Source: Utricularia gibba
Lineage: Eukaryota; Plantae; Magnoliophyta
Assembly (NCBI GenBank): GCA_002189035.1
Contig: NEEC01000012.1
Location: 372,001-436,000 of the forward strand
Length of the DNA: 64,000 nucleotides
Reading direction: 5' to 3'
The notes under the pieces: generated by a model
The model's database searches: none
What the model was told of the DNA's origin: nothing
The model's input: only the letters and a program-made list of their open reading frames with translations
Shown: positions 26,631 through 37,869 of the stretch, piece after piece
How the letters are laid out: each line of letters opens with the position of its first letter
Position numbering within the stretch: the stretch's first letter is position 1
Made by a program: the position numbers and the translations under genes

Positions 26631-28409
26631 TTCGTCAACACCCCGAGCATGGAGACTCTACGATTAAGAGGTAGTTTTTCTTCAACGGCCTACGATCAAC
26701 AACGCGGTAGCGAAATATTAAAATGAACATACCAGTTGATAAAGAAAGAAGAAGGAAATCGAAATAAAACAAAAGATTATTTTACTTTAAATATTTTTTA
26801 TGTACATCAAAATTATATAAATAATCATATTATTTTAAATATATTTAATTAGCTATTTTTCAATTAAATATGATTTATAAATATATTTATATATCTCAAA
26901 ATAATAAAATTTACGAGTAAATTTTTTTGACTATATTTTAGAATATATCCTTCTAAATATGTAGATAATGTTTTACATTTATGTTAAATATATTTAAATT
27001 TTCATATTTATTTCAATTTTATTTAAATATTCATTTTTTTCTCACATAGAAAACATATTTATGTGTACATATGTACATATTCTATCAAATAAAAAATTTG
27101 AATAAATTTGAAATACATCTCCATGGACTTCTTCACGGGGACGAAGACCCTAACGGGGTGGATGTGGAATGAATTGTAATGGATCAATTGATCAAGACTG
27201 CCCATTTTATCCCTATGTACACCAAATGGTGCCTATGGTTGACGTTTCTATAACTTGAACGAGTTTTATATCTAGATAAATAATATGTATTGTTTATTCA
27301 ACTTGCTGTATATAAAAATTTACGAATAGTGATCAATTGTTGTACATAAAGATTGTAATATTATATGTGAAAATATGCAAAATTCGAAATAAATCTAATG
27401 AATAATCGAGAATTTGTATTCAAGATATTAAAGTAAACTTAATCTATTTGTAAAAACTAAAAATGTGTAATCATGAATACTCATCATTAAACATAAAACA
27501 AAAACAACAGTTGAAAGTCTTCTCCTCACGAGAGTAAGAACAAAGGTTGCAATGAATTCATGTCTAAAAGATTTCGTTTTCATTCCTAAGTTCGAGTTTT
27601 AAGTCATGTTTAATTCTAATACAGAAATAAATTTTATTTCTTTAGTTTTCTTTCTTAATTTTTTTTAATCTTCATGGTGCTTTTACGTTTCCCCATTAAT
27701 GTAAGTAATAATTTTATAAATTTTGATATGTCTCATGTATGATCTGATAGAAAATTTCAATGTTCTTCCTAACAAAATTCTAATTTGTGTAAAAGTTTTC
27801 AAATGGATATCCTTCTTGATTGGAAAACTCCAACCGACTCAGCCTTTGCTTTCAGAAATTTAAATATGGTTTTATTGCTTTATGATAAATATATGCAATT
27901 TAAATAAATAAATGGTTTATTGCTTTATAATAAATATATGTAATTTGAATAATTTTTAATTTATATTCTCCGAAAACAATTTTATTTATTTATTTTTATA
28001 AATAAAATGTTTTTGTGCATAGTATTCTTTAAAATAATTAGCCAAATACAATTACTTTGCAGATAATTCGCTAACTTGAGCTGGAGCCCGAACAGGAACC
28101 CTGATTAGTACATCCATCAAAATAAGAGCGGGGTTATCAACTCCCCTTTCGAATCCCGCCACGAATGACGACTGCCATCCTCGCCCCCAAATTTGTTATC
28201 CGCTTCCTTTCTTTATAACCTCCATGTCTCCAAGCACTGACGATCCCCGACTGCTTTCTCCGTATCCAGGTTTGAGACCTTCTTCTTCTCCAGCTTCTTT
28301 TTTTTTCTGTGCATTTTCTGTCGGAAAAAAGGGTGTAATCTCGAGTTTTTTTTTCTATATTGTACGACATATACTCAGATTTTCGTGCCCGCGTCAATTG
28401 TGTAAAAGA

Positions 28410-30169
28410 ATGGCGTTCTCGTGCTCTTCAAGGGTAAGATTATCTGGAGAAAACATGGTATGTGTGAATAAGCCACATCTGAATGGCCACCGTGTGGTGT
28501 ACAAATGGGGCGATGGATATCAAACTCAGAAGAAGCTTCCTTGCCGTTGTAAATGGAACTTCCAGCAAGTGAAAACCTTATCTCATAAGTGGGCACGGTT
28601 GTTGGATTCAGATTGTGGGCATACGCCTGAGAAGAAGGTGTCTTTCCAGCACCTGAATGCCTTGCTGCGTGAGTCCACTCGGTTTTCAGATTCAATTTCA
28701 GCAACCATCTTATCCACAGTAGCGACCGAGGTATGGATTGCGTTCAAGAATTACAGCTTCTTCTTGCCTGATTGCTGGGTGCTTAGCTCCCTCTTTTACA
28801 GGCCAAGGGGAAAGCGGATTTTCTGAGGGGTCTGAAGCAATGCACTTCTGTTAAGCACACGGTGTTCTTAGTGGCGTTAACCGCTCTGCTGGTCATTCCG
28901 TCTGCAAATGCTGTGGATGCTTTGAAAACGTGTGCCTGCTTGCTGAAGGAATGCAGGTATTGAACCGCAAACTCCTGGTTTTTGTGGCTTCGATCAGAGG
29001 TGTAAAATGCTCCAAACTCGTGTAGGTTGGAACTGGCCAAGTGCATTTCAAACCCATCATGCGCAGCCAACGTCGCATGCCTTCAGACCTGCAACAACCG
29101 CCCGGACGAGACTGAATGCCAGGTTTTCCCAAAAGCTTTCAAGCTATGAAGATTTCGTAAGTGCCTGCTAACAAGTTCTTTCCGCAGATCAAATGCGGCG
29201 ACCTGTTCGAAAACGGGGTGGTGGATGAATTCAATGAGTGTGCAGTTTCACGAAAGAAGTGCGTGCCTCGGAAATCCGATGCTGGTGAGTTCGCCATACC
29301 TGATCCCGCAGTTTTAGTCTCGAGCTTCAACTTGGACAACTTCACCGGAAAATGGTACATAACCAGTGGCCTAAACCCATCATTCGACACCTTTGATTGC
29401 CAACTGCACGAATTCCAGATAGAATCGGGCAGGCTTGTGGGTAACTTGTCATGGAGAATCAGAACTCCTGATACTGGTTTTATCACTCGGACAGCAGTCC
29501 AGAAATTCGTGCAGGATCCCAAGTATCCTGGAATTTTGTACAACCATGACAATGAGTTTCTCCATTACAAAGATGACTGGTACCAATTTATATCTTTCAC
29601 CTTTCCTTCATTGTAAACGTATACTCAGATAGAGCCCTGTGCCATTGGGGGAGCAGGTACATCCTTTCCTCGAAGTTGGACAATGAACCAGATGACTATG
29701 TATTCGTGTATTATCGAGGCAGCAACGACGCATGGGACGGCTATGGGGAGCTGTGGTGTACACCAGGAGTCCGGTCTTGCCAGAGAGCATCATTCCCGAG
29801 CTTGAAAAGGCAGCCAAGAATGTGAGTCGTGACTTCGGGAAGTTCAAGAGGACAGACAATTCTTGTGGGCCGGAGCCCCTCCTGGGAGAGAGGTTGGAGA
29901 AAACAGTGGAAGAAGGTGAAGAGATTATTGCCAAGGAGGTTGAAGAGATACGGGAGGAGATAGAGGAGGAAGTGAGCAAAGTGGCCAGCACAGAGGTTAC
30001 ACTGTTCCAGAGATTGTACGCAGGATTTCAAGAGCTCTTGAAGGATGGGAATTACTTCCTCAAGGAGTTGAACCAAGAAGAGATGGAGATTCTAAAAGAC
30101 CTGAAAATGGAGGCAAGTGAGATTGAAGGGCTTTTCAGCAGAGCCCTGCCTATAAGGAAACTGAGATGA
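28410..30169 (+). CDS. VDE: Violaxanthin de-epoxidase (about 492 aa if one missing G is restored); frameshifted in this sequence
   Basis: Exons 28410-28730, 28802-28956, 29026-29122, 29188-29579, 29657-30169. Contains the Cys-rich [39 protein letters not shown] domain, lipocalin [23 protein letters not shown] and [14 protein letters not shown], and a Glu-rich tail. The frame breaks at G4 29745-29748. Confidence 0.93.
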
Positions 30170-30344
30170 AATTGTTTTTTAGTATGAAGCACACAAATGA
30201 ATTCTTAATACTCACAAGCTAGTATGTGCATTGTTACAAGTCCTTTGTAATCACTCATATCATGAAGATATATACATAAGAACATGGAATGAGAAATATT
30301 GGATCAAGGAACTTTAGTTATGCTGAACAAAATAACATTTTCAG

Positions 30345-30366
30345 AAAGGATACAGACAAAGGATAC
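30345..30366 (-). promoter_or_regulatory. Tandem U12-type 5' splice-site motifs (USSE-like U11 snRNP-binding splicing enhancer) in the 3' region of the U11/U12-48K gene
   Basis: Minus strand reads GTATCCTTT-GTCT-GTATCCTTT, 157 nt downstream of the 48K stop and just downstream of candidate AG acceptors at 30411 and 30389. Confidence 0.8.
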
Positions 30367-30522
30367 AGGCGGCGTAAACAACAAACACCTGCATGATCTT
30401 TTGCTGCTACCTTCGCAACACAAGCAACAGAAAACAACTGTGGTTACAATCAAGAGTAAGATGAGTGTTTGGTATAGGAGACATACCATGAACGTGTGAG
30501 AATGCTAACTGCACTGCATAAA

Positions 30523-33004
30523 TTAGAAAGCATCCTCATGCTTACCATGATACCCCATAGGATCATATCTGTCAAAATCATCCGAGCTTCTGATCCTTGA
30601 TTTTCTCAACCTTTTGTCTCCGAACAGTCCATCATCTTTACCTCTTTTTTCAGGGTCCCTAACTGATGCACCTTCCCTGTACCTGCGCTCTTGGTTATCA
30701 TCTTGTCTCTGTCTTCTCGGACTCTTTATTGCCGCTTCTTTTCTCCATTTTTCATAATCTTGCTCATCACCATCACTTCTTTTTTCATATTCGTGTGATC
30801 TCCGGATAGAATGAACTCTAAGGTCCTGATTTCTGGACTCACGCAAATGCTTTGTTGACTTACTGTGAATTTTTCGATCAAGGGTTTCAGCACTGGAATC
30901 CCTGTCACGTGACATTCTCTCAGTATCTGTAGTTGAACCAACTGGCTTCTGGCCTCTGCTAGAATCATTTCTCAACACCTGAAAACCAAAGGTGAAATTT
31001 TCTGGAATACACAGAACTCAACTCTTTCTTATGCGGAACTTATACAATTTTAGCGTTCATACCTCAGACTTCTTCGGCATCAAAATAGCATTATCCACAT
31101 CTGGATTTTCAGATAAAGCGTCCATATTCTCCTGCATACCTTTTGATTCACACATAACAGCTCCAGCTTTTTTGAGTTCCTCCATGTATTCTTCTATAAT
31201 ATCTCGCATTACCTTCATAAAATACAACCAAAAAAAGTTATCCATCCACAAACCTCAAGCAGGGCTCTCGTTCCCTGCATTAAAAGTGCAAAACAATTAT
31301 GCTGAAAAATATCAAGTACCTCTACAGTGCCCCGCTTCTGTTTTTTCCCACGATATGAAATCCTCCGACGTTTGTAATCTCTCTCCTCAGCCAATAGTTC
31401 CTCCCTTGTCTTCAATTTGTTAGTCTCCTATATATCAAAGCATGAATCCAGATGAGATATATTTTCAAAGCGTGAATCCAATTTTTAAGTCTCCTACGAA
31501 TCAATGCATGAGTGCAATATGTTATTCTTTAATTTTTCCACGAACACAAAGCCATTCTCTTTTGCATATATTTAGTGGGAAAAGAATTTACGCATCTGAT
31601 TACTTGAAAGGCAGACTTCATGCTAAACAAATAAAATGCAGAATGTATTACATACCTGATTACTTGAAGTCTGCCCAAAAAAGGCATCATGTTCAATTAC
31701 AGGCCTATAATCAGAACGCTTAAGTCTCTCCTCATTTGCAAAATTAGACACATGAGCATGCTCCATGTTACTGCAGGCAGAATAAGCCAGGAAAAACATA
31801 AAACTAAAGAGTTAAAAAATCACTTCTTGAAGCAGAGAAAGATAAACATAACAGTACCGTTGATATGCAGATTTCATGTGTGAATAGCGTAGATATCTAA
31901 TTTTCTCTTCAACCATTGATCTTTCCTGCAACGCTGCAACAGCTGCCGCCACTTGGGAGATGAAAATCGTGTCTATCCAAACGGCTTCATAGTTAATGGA
32001 AACAATATTTTCAGCATTTTCGTGTCCTAAGGGAAAGAGTGAAGCACGCAATGAAGATTCCAAAATGCACTCCTTGAGTAGTTCAACTACAAACATCTTG
32101 GCTTGAGCTTCACCATATAATATACTCAATTGCATACATAACCACTTCATTACATCTAGCAACATCGGCAATGGGAACTTCGTTGCCAGTAAATCATCTT
32201 TCTCCATTTTACATTGCTCATTGCACCTGAAAGTCTCGCTACATGCGACCTTGAAACACAACCTTATTAACAAAAGAATATGATCGACCAGAGTAGAATC
32301 TACAGCCACCCCATATCTTGCAGACCAAGAAACTATCCATTGCTTCAACGACAGCTTACAGCATCTAAAGTTCAGAATAGCACGCACAATCCGAAGCGAA
32401 TACTCGACTGGTAGATTCCCCTCCCATGCTTCGACTTCACTCTGGATAGCGCAGATTTCAGATGGAAGAAATCTAATAAATTGGTCAGAATATTGCTCCA
32501 TAGGTGGGATGCGTTCTTCAGCGAAATCCCGACATTCGTTGGCCAGAATCACAGGCAGATTGAAAGAAGGGGAGGCTGAAATGAGGGGGTAACAGGACCA
32601 GGGCAACCCTCGTAAAACGATCCTCCATTCTCAGGAATAGCATATCCATTGTAGGGTTCAAGAGATACCGAAATTTGGGAGGAATCGCCGGGTAGGAAGG
32701 GGGTGGGGACTGAGTGGAAAGTGAGAGCGTTATACCGAAAATTATGTGCGAGAGAAACAGGGCATGGGCAGTTCAGGTAGTGGGAGAAAAGCGACGAAGA
32801 GGGAATCCGATGGTTGGGGTTGAACGCGCATCGGAGAAGAGCCTGGGGATTGGTTTCATCATACGAAATTGGAAGAGAACAGAATACGGAATCAGCGCGC
32901 CGGAGAAGAGAAGAGATCTCGGATACTGCGGTGGAAAGGGAAGAAGAGGTCGCCGGCGGCGGAGGCAGAGAAGAAACGACCGTTTCTAGCGTTGGCGGGT
33001 TCAT
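30523..33004 (-). CDS. SNRNP48: U11/U12 snRNP 48 kDa protein (about 658 aa if one missing C is restored); frameshifted in this sequence
   Basis: Exons 33004-31858, 31770-31656, 31427-31320, 31212-31063, 30978-30523. Contains the CHHC zinc finger CAFNPNHRIPSSSLFSHYLNC, DYRPVIEHD, KTREELLAEERDYKRRRISYRGKK, VMRDIIEEYMEE and an R/D/E/S-rich tail ending FDRYDP. Exon 1 is 1 nt short of the required phase. Confidence 0.9.
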
Positions 33005-33419
33005 GGCCAACGCTCCAATACTTGGCATTCAGCAGCATACCACATCAACAATTCATAGGGTTTCGAAGATCAAATACTGTCCGTCGCATGTGTTCACAAA
33101 AATTGGGGAACAGAAGCCACACCAAACACACACACCTTCATTGCCATTTGCCAACACAACACACACATGTGTGTGATGGGCGCTTATGTAAGATTGTCAA
33201 AGAAAGGTTTAAATGCAGAATGAGTTATTATGTGATGGTTATTTTTTTCATATAAGATGTTGTGATTATATCTTGAATTTGATTGTTCAGAAAGGATTTA
33301 AGGTGACAGATATTGTTTTGAAAAAAATTAAAAATTGTGTTAAATATGTTAGTATATCAAGGATTTCTTAAATTTAGATGTACATACTAAATGGAATTTT
33401 ATTTATTTGATGTTACAAA

Positions 33420-34210
33420 CGGACTTAAGGCATTGTTTTGCAATTACTGCATTATGCTATAGTATTGATAATTCTCTTATTAATCTTAACAAAGATGAAT
33501 AGGAGAGAGCAATAAAAATTTGTGATCTATTGGAATCATTTTATGAGATTACCAAGTTCACAGTATTCCACTTCCAACTTGTATTTTTATATAGGTTGCA
33601 ATGATTAAATTGAAACTTCAAGAACTTTCAAGTTGTAAAGATGAATTGATAAAAACAATGGTATTAAGAATGAAAGAGAAATTTGGTAAGTATTAAAATG
33701 AGTATTCTATTATTCTTGCATTTGTATGTGTTCTTAATCCAAATACAAAATTGGAATTTTTGAGATATTATTATGAAAAACTTGATCCTTATACTTATAA
33801 AGAGAAAGTGTATAGAGTTCAAATAATATTGAAAAGATTATTTCATGCTTATGAACAAATATGTATATTATTTGATCAATATAGTATAAATATATTGAAA
33901 GATTTCAGTTCATATGCACAAGAAAGCTCAAAATTAAAAGGTTTAAGTACATCTTTTTCTAAACTCTTTCTTGAGATAAGTTTTATTTTTCACTTTGGTA
34001 TATTTAATTTAGTATAATACTTATTGTAACATGCATACTTTTTCTTTGTATAATTGTAGGATGATCGTAAAGAAATGAAGCAACGGATTTCAAGAAAAGG
34101 TAAATGTGACTTTAATATATATTTAGATATGCAAAATGGAAATGATGATTCTGATATAATTTTTTTAGATTAGTATAAAAAGAATATTTATCGTTTTCCT
34201 AAATCAATCA
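33420..34210 (+). mobile_element. hAT transposase C-terminal remnant
   Basis: MKEKFGKY*NEYSIILAFVCVLNPNTKLEFLRYYYEKL (cf. MKEKFDKYW..ILDPRYKL) and a decayed dimerization-domain segment near 34110-34205. Confidence 0.7.
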
Positions 34211-34419
34211 TATATATAATATTCAAATAATGATTGATATTTTGATTTAATGTTATTATTTTTTGTTTAGGATCATTTTAATTTTTTTTCCATGGATTAC
34301 GTTATTTTTTAAATAATATATATGTTAATTTTAATTTATTTTTTATAAATTATTCAATGAATATTAATATTAATATTGAATATTTTATAAAGTATTTTAT
34401 GTACTGTACGGAAAGTCCG

Positions 34420-34558
34420 TGGGCCGGCCCGGCCCAACCAATAATCGGATTAGGATCATGTCAATAGTAATATATGTAATCGGGTTTAAGCCCGATCCTA
34501 ACCCGATTTTTGGCGGCGGCCCTTTAAATTAGGGCGGGCCGACCCGGCCCGACCCAAC
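34420..34558 (+). promoter_or_regulatory. GC-rich site II (TGGGCC/GGCCCA) cluster upstream of SDHAF1
   Basis: TGGGCC 34420-34425, GGCCCA 34431-34436 and further GGCCC motifs in an otherwise AT-rich region. Site II elements are typical of nuclear genes for mitochondrial proteins. Confidence 0.5.
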
Positions 34559-34648
34559 TTTAATCTCTCGATTTGAGGATTGGGGATCTCTGCGATGCTC
34601 ATTTATGTATTGGGTCTGCAACTGATGAGCATTTAGCAGGAAGATGCA

Positions 34649-34948
34649 ATGGGTGCTTCGTCTGGTAGAACGAGGCTCTCGGGTATGCAAAAGCAAGTGC
34701 TTGCGTTGTACAGGGAATTCCTACGAGTAGCGCGATCCAAACCCCACGAAGAGCGTGTGAAAATCGAGTCCATGGTTTCGGCGGAGTTCCGAAGCAATGC
34801 CCTCCAAGTTGATCGCAAAAACTTCCTCTACATTGAATATCTACTCAGGCGTGGCAAGAAACAGGTTGCTCAGCTCAAGAGTGGTGATACTGTTGGCTTA
34901 TCATCTTTAACTATCGACAATTCTCAGGTAAAAGGATCTTCTTCCTAG
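34649..34948 (+). CDS. SDHAF1: Succinate dehydrogenase assembly factor 1 (LYR-motif protein), 99 aa
   Basis: RLSGMQKQVLALYREFLRVARSK..EFRSNA..VDRKNFLYIEYLLRRGKKQ. Confidence 0.9.
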   Translation: MGASSGRTRLSGMQKQVLALYREFLRVARSKPHEERVKIESMVSAEFRSNALQVDRKNFLYIEYLLRRGKKQVAQLKSGDTVGLSSLTIDNSQVKGSSS

Positions 34949-36300
34949 CCCCATCTTATATCCTGCTTGTATTCTTTGAACTTTGCAGGTGAACAGAACA
35001 CATTATGTTAGGAATGCGCTAATCATTTACATGTAACCCAACACTTGCAGTGTTCTGTTTAAGGCATGTATTGCTTGCAATCAGAAGAAATTTTTTTGAA
35101 TTGATGCTGTGAAAGAGATTGTTCATGTTTAAATGAAGTTGGAATTGTGAGAATTTTTTTGAATGACTTTGAATACCACCTTTTTGTATGTTACTGCTTG
35201 TCATCAGTGAGATGGAAGGATGGGTTTAGGGCAGATAAGTCAATGAGGTGTAAAAGTGCGGGGGGCCACTTGCCCATACCTCGCTCGTAAAGCTCGTGCC
35301 AGGGTCAGGTCAGGGAGACGACAATCTTTCCCAATGAGAAAGAGAGGCTCGGCTACCTAAAGCTGAGATGATTCGATCTCGATATTCGTGTCCAATGGCT
35401 ACTTGAGAGAAACCGGGAACTCGAACATTGTTTCCTGCATCATGTCCGGCATACCACTTGTTTCAACCGGATGGAAACAATCCACACCGCCAATGATCCT
35501 TGAATGGTGTATTGCTTGAATGTGGTTATCAGCAGAAGACTGCTGTGACTTTCTGCCCTCAAGAACATGGAAAATGGGAATTCCTCAAGCTGAATGGAAT
35601 GGAAAGGGTTATGTATGTATGGGTGTACTTGACTGAAACTGCAACAAAAGAGCAGCTAGCGGGGCTGGGCTGGGGCTGGGGCTGGCTGAGCCGGCGTTCT
35701 GATCGTAGTACCTTACCCTGCAGCTGCAGTGTTTGTCCCCGTCCCCGTGCTCCCCCAATGCCACGTCAATCTCCCTCTCTTACCCTCCTTTCACACTGCT
35801 TGCTGCCTGCCCGCCCCTGAATGACAACCACCTACTGTGCTGCCGCTGCCGCTGCTGCTGCTGCTGCGGCCTCTGTAAATTTCATGTACTTGGTTACTCA
35901 GTCAGATTCCTCAACTCTGAAACCCTATCTTCTCCCCAGCGCACATGCCCCCGCCTGCACCATCATTCATTTCCCATCTTCTAATGCACGCATTCTACTG
36001 TTGTTTTCACCACATGGATGAATCTGGGGTTTAGAACTTGTGATCTGGCGCATATTCTCTACCTCCGGGGACAGCTTCATCTGTTGTGCGTGTGAAACTG
36101 GGTCGAGCGTGTGTTGCCATGCAGTGCAAGTTCAGTGAGATTGATTTTATAATTTAAGGGTAGGAAAAGGAGAATGTGAGTTGGGTGGATTCCAAGCCGA
36201 CCACGTACATCAATAAAGAGCTAGGTTGCCCTTCGCCCTACGGACACCCCCCCCAAATAACTCTCTACGCATCTTGATCCCCGGAAGCGAGCCCCAACAG

Positions 36301-36627
36301 ATGCCGGGTGTTTGGGTGTTCAAAGATAACGGCGTCATGCTGCGCCACCGCCGCCCCCACAACCGGAAGACGCTGGTCCACCTGCCGACGAATCAGGCGG
36401 TGACGTCCTATTGCTTGCTCGAGAAATTCCTCCGCGGCCTCGGATGGGACCGCTACTACTGCGGTGGGTCTGATGACCTGATTCAGTTCCATAAACCGCC
36501 GTCCATCGACCTCATCTCGCTGCCAAAGCATTTCGCCCGGTTCAGCTCCGTTCATATGTACGACATCGTCGTCAAGAACCCTAACGTCTTCCACGTCCGC
36601 AGCAGCAAACACGGATCTGCCAAATAG
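36301..36627 (+). CDS. FPF1: Flowering-promoting factor 1-like protein, intronless, 108 aa
   Basis: MPGVWVFKDNGV..KTLVHLPTNQAVTSY..LE..LRGLGWDRYY...DLIQFHK..SIDLISLPKHFARFSSVHMYDIVVKNPNVFHVR. Confidence 0.92.
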   Translation: MPGVWVFKDNGVMLRHRRPHNRKTLVHLPTNQAVTSYCLLEKFLRGLGWDRYYCGGSDDLIQFHKPPSIDLISLPKHFARFSSVHMYDIVVKNPNVFHVRSSKHGSAK

Positions 36628-37869
36628 GCCTCACCCGAGTCTCAAGGTTTGTGTTTCCAGTTTGAACTGAGTTGAAAGTGGGTCTCAAAAAATCCCACTA
36701 AAAAATGCTGTACCAAGATGTCAACTGGAATGGTGTGCTCTATGTTTCCCATTTGGAATCTAGGCTTGCTTTGCTGCAGATCTTGTCTGATTCCTTTATA
36801 GAATGTACGTACGGTCGGTAGATTTTGACGAACTGGGTTTCTAAGAGATAAACTACTGTAATTGTGGTTTGCTTAGAATAAACACAAGGCAGGCAACCGC
36901 CATTAATCTTCTGCAATTCGATGCAGAATCATCTGATTGAAGTCTGGACAATGGGATGATGATGATGACGATTGACCCCTTTTTCTGGATTGGGTGCTCC
37001 CCAGAGGAAGGGATTGGATTCACTTGCTTGTGGTATTATTTCAGGTTTACTGATGTTTCAGACCAAGCTTGAAACAAAAACAACGTTGATACAATGAAAC
37101 CTTTAATGCTTTCTTTTTTCAGAATGGAATGACCGACTTCAAATTGTTCCTTTCCTCACGTCAAAAAGCACTACATTTACACCCGTAAATATTCATAATT
37201 CATCTATTGTGACTTCTCTAATCAATTTGATAATGAGCATTCGAGTTGTTTAAAACGTTGACATTTATTCGATTTCAAATAATTCTTTAAAATAGAGTTA
37301 TTTTCTATTTTTCATCATGAGAATATAAAATTCTCATTTTAAAAAATAAAACATGCATATAAAATGGATTATTATGTTCATTTAATTTTTTTCAATAATG
37401 CTATATTTTCTTATTTCTTTCAATTCTTTTTCCAATTTTTCATTTTAGAATTTTGAGGAATTAAATATCAAATCTTTTGTGAAACTATCATTTGTATATT
37501 ATTGAAAATATTTTTCATTTTCACTAAATATATTTAGCATTATACAATTCTTTTAACACCAACTCTATTTTATTTGGATTATTTTGAAGAATAATTATCT
37601 ATCTTTTCTTGAATTTTAGAAATGAGCATCCTTTTAAAAAATGGCCATCTCAATTTTATATAATAAATGATTTTTTAAATTTAAAAATTTCATCAATTTC
37701 TAAAATAATATGACATAAATTATTTGAGATAAAAATACAAAATAAAAAATTTATTACTAATATATTTATCTAATTTTAAAAGTTAAATATTTTAAAAGCT
37801 AATAATTGATATGAATATTTTTTAAAAAAGAATTCATCATTTTATTTTGTTAGTGTGGACGTCACGGAG

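Noticed and set aside
28146-28160. TTCGAATCCCGCCA resembling a tRNA T-loop and 3' end
   Set aside because: It lacks the preceding GG, and no D-arm or acceptor stem can be built upstream.
35200-35500. GC-richer segment after SDHAF1, considered as an organellar or TE insert
   Set aside because: No recognisable protein or RNA motif in any frame.
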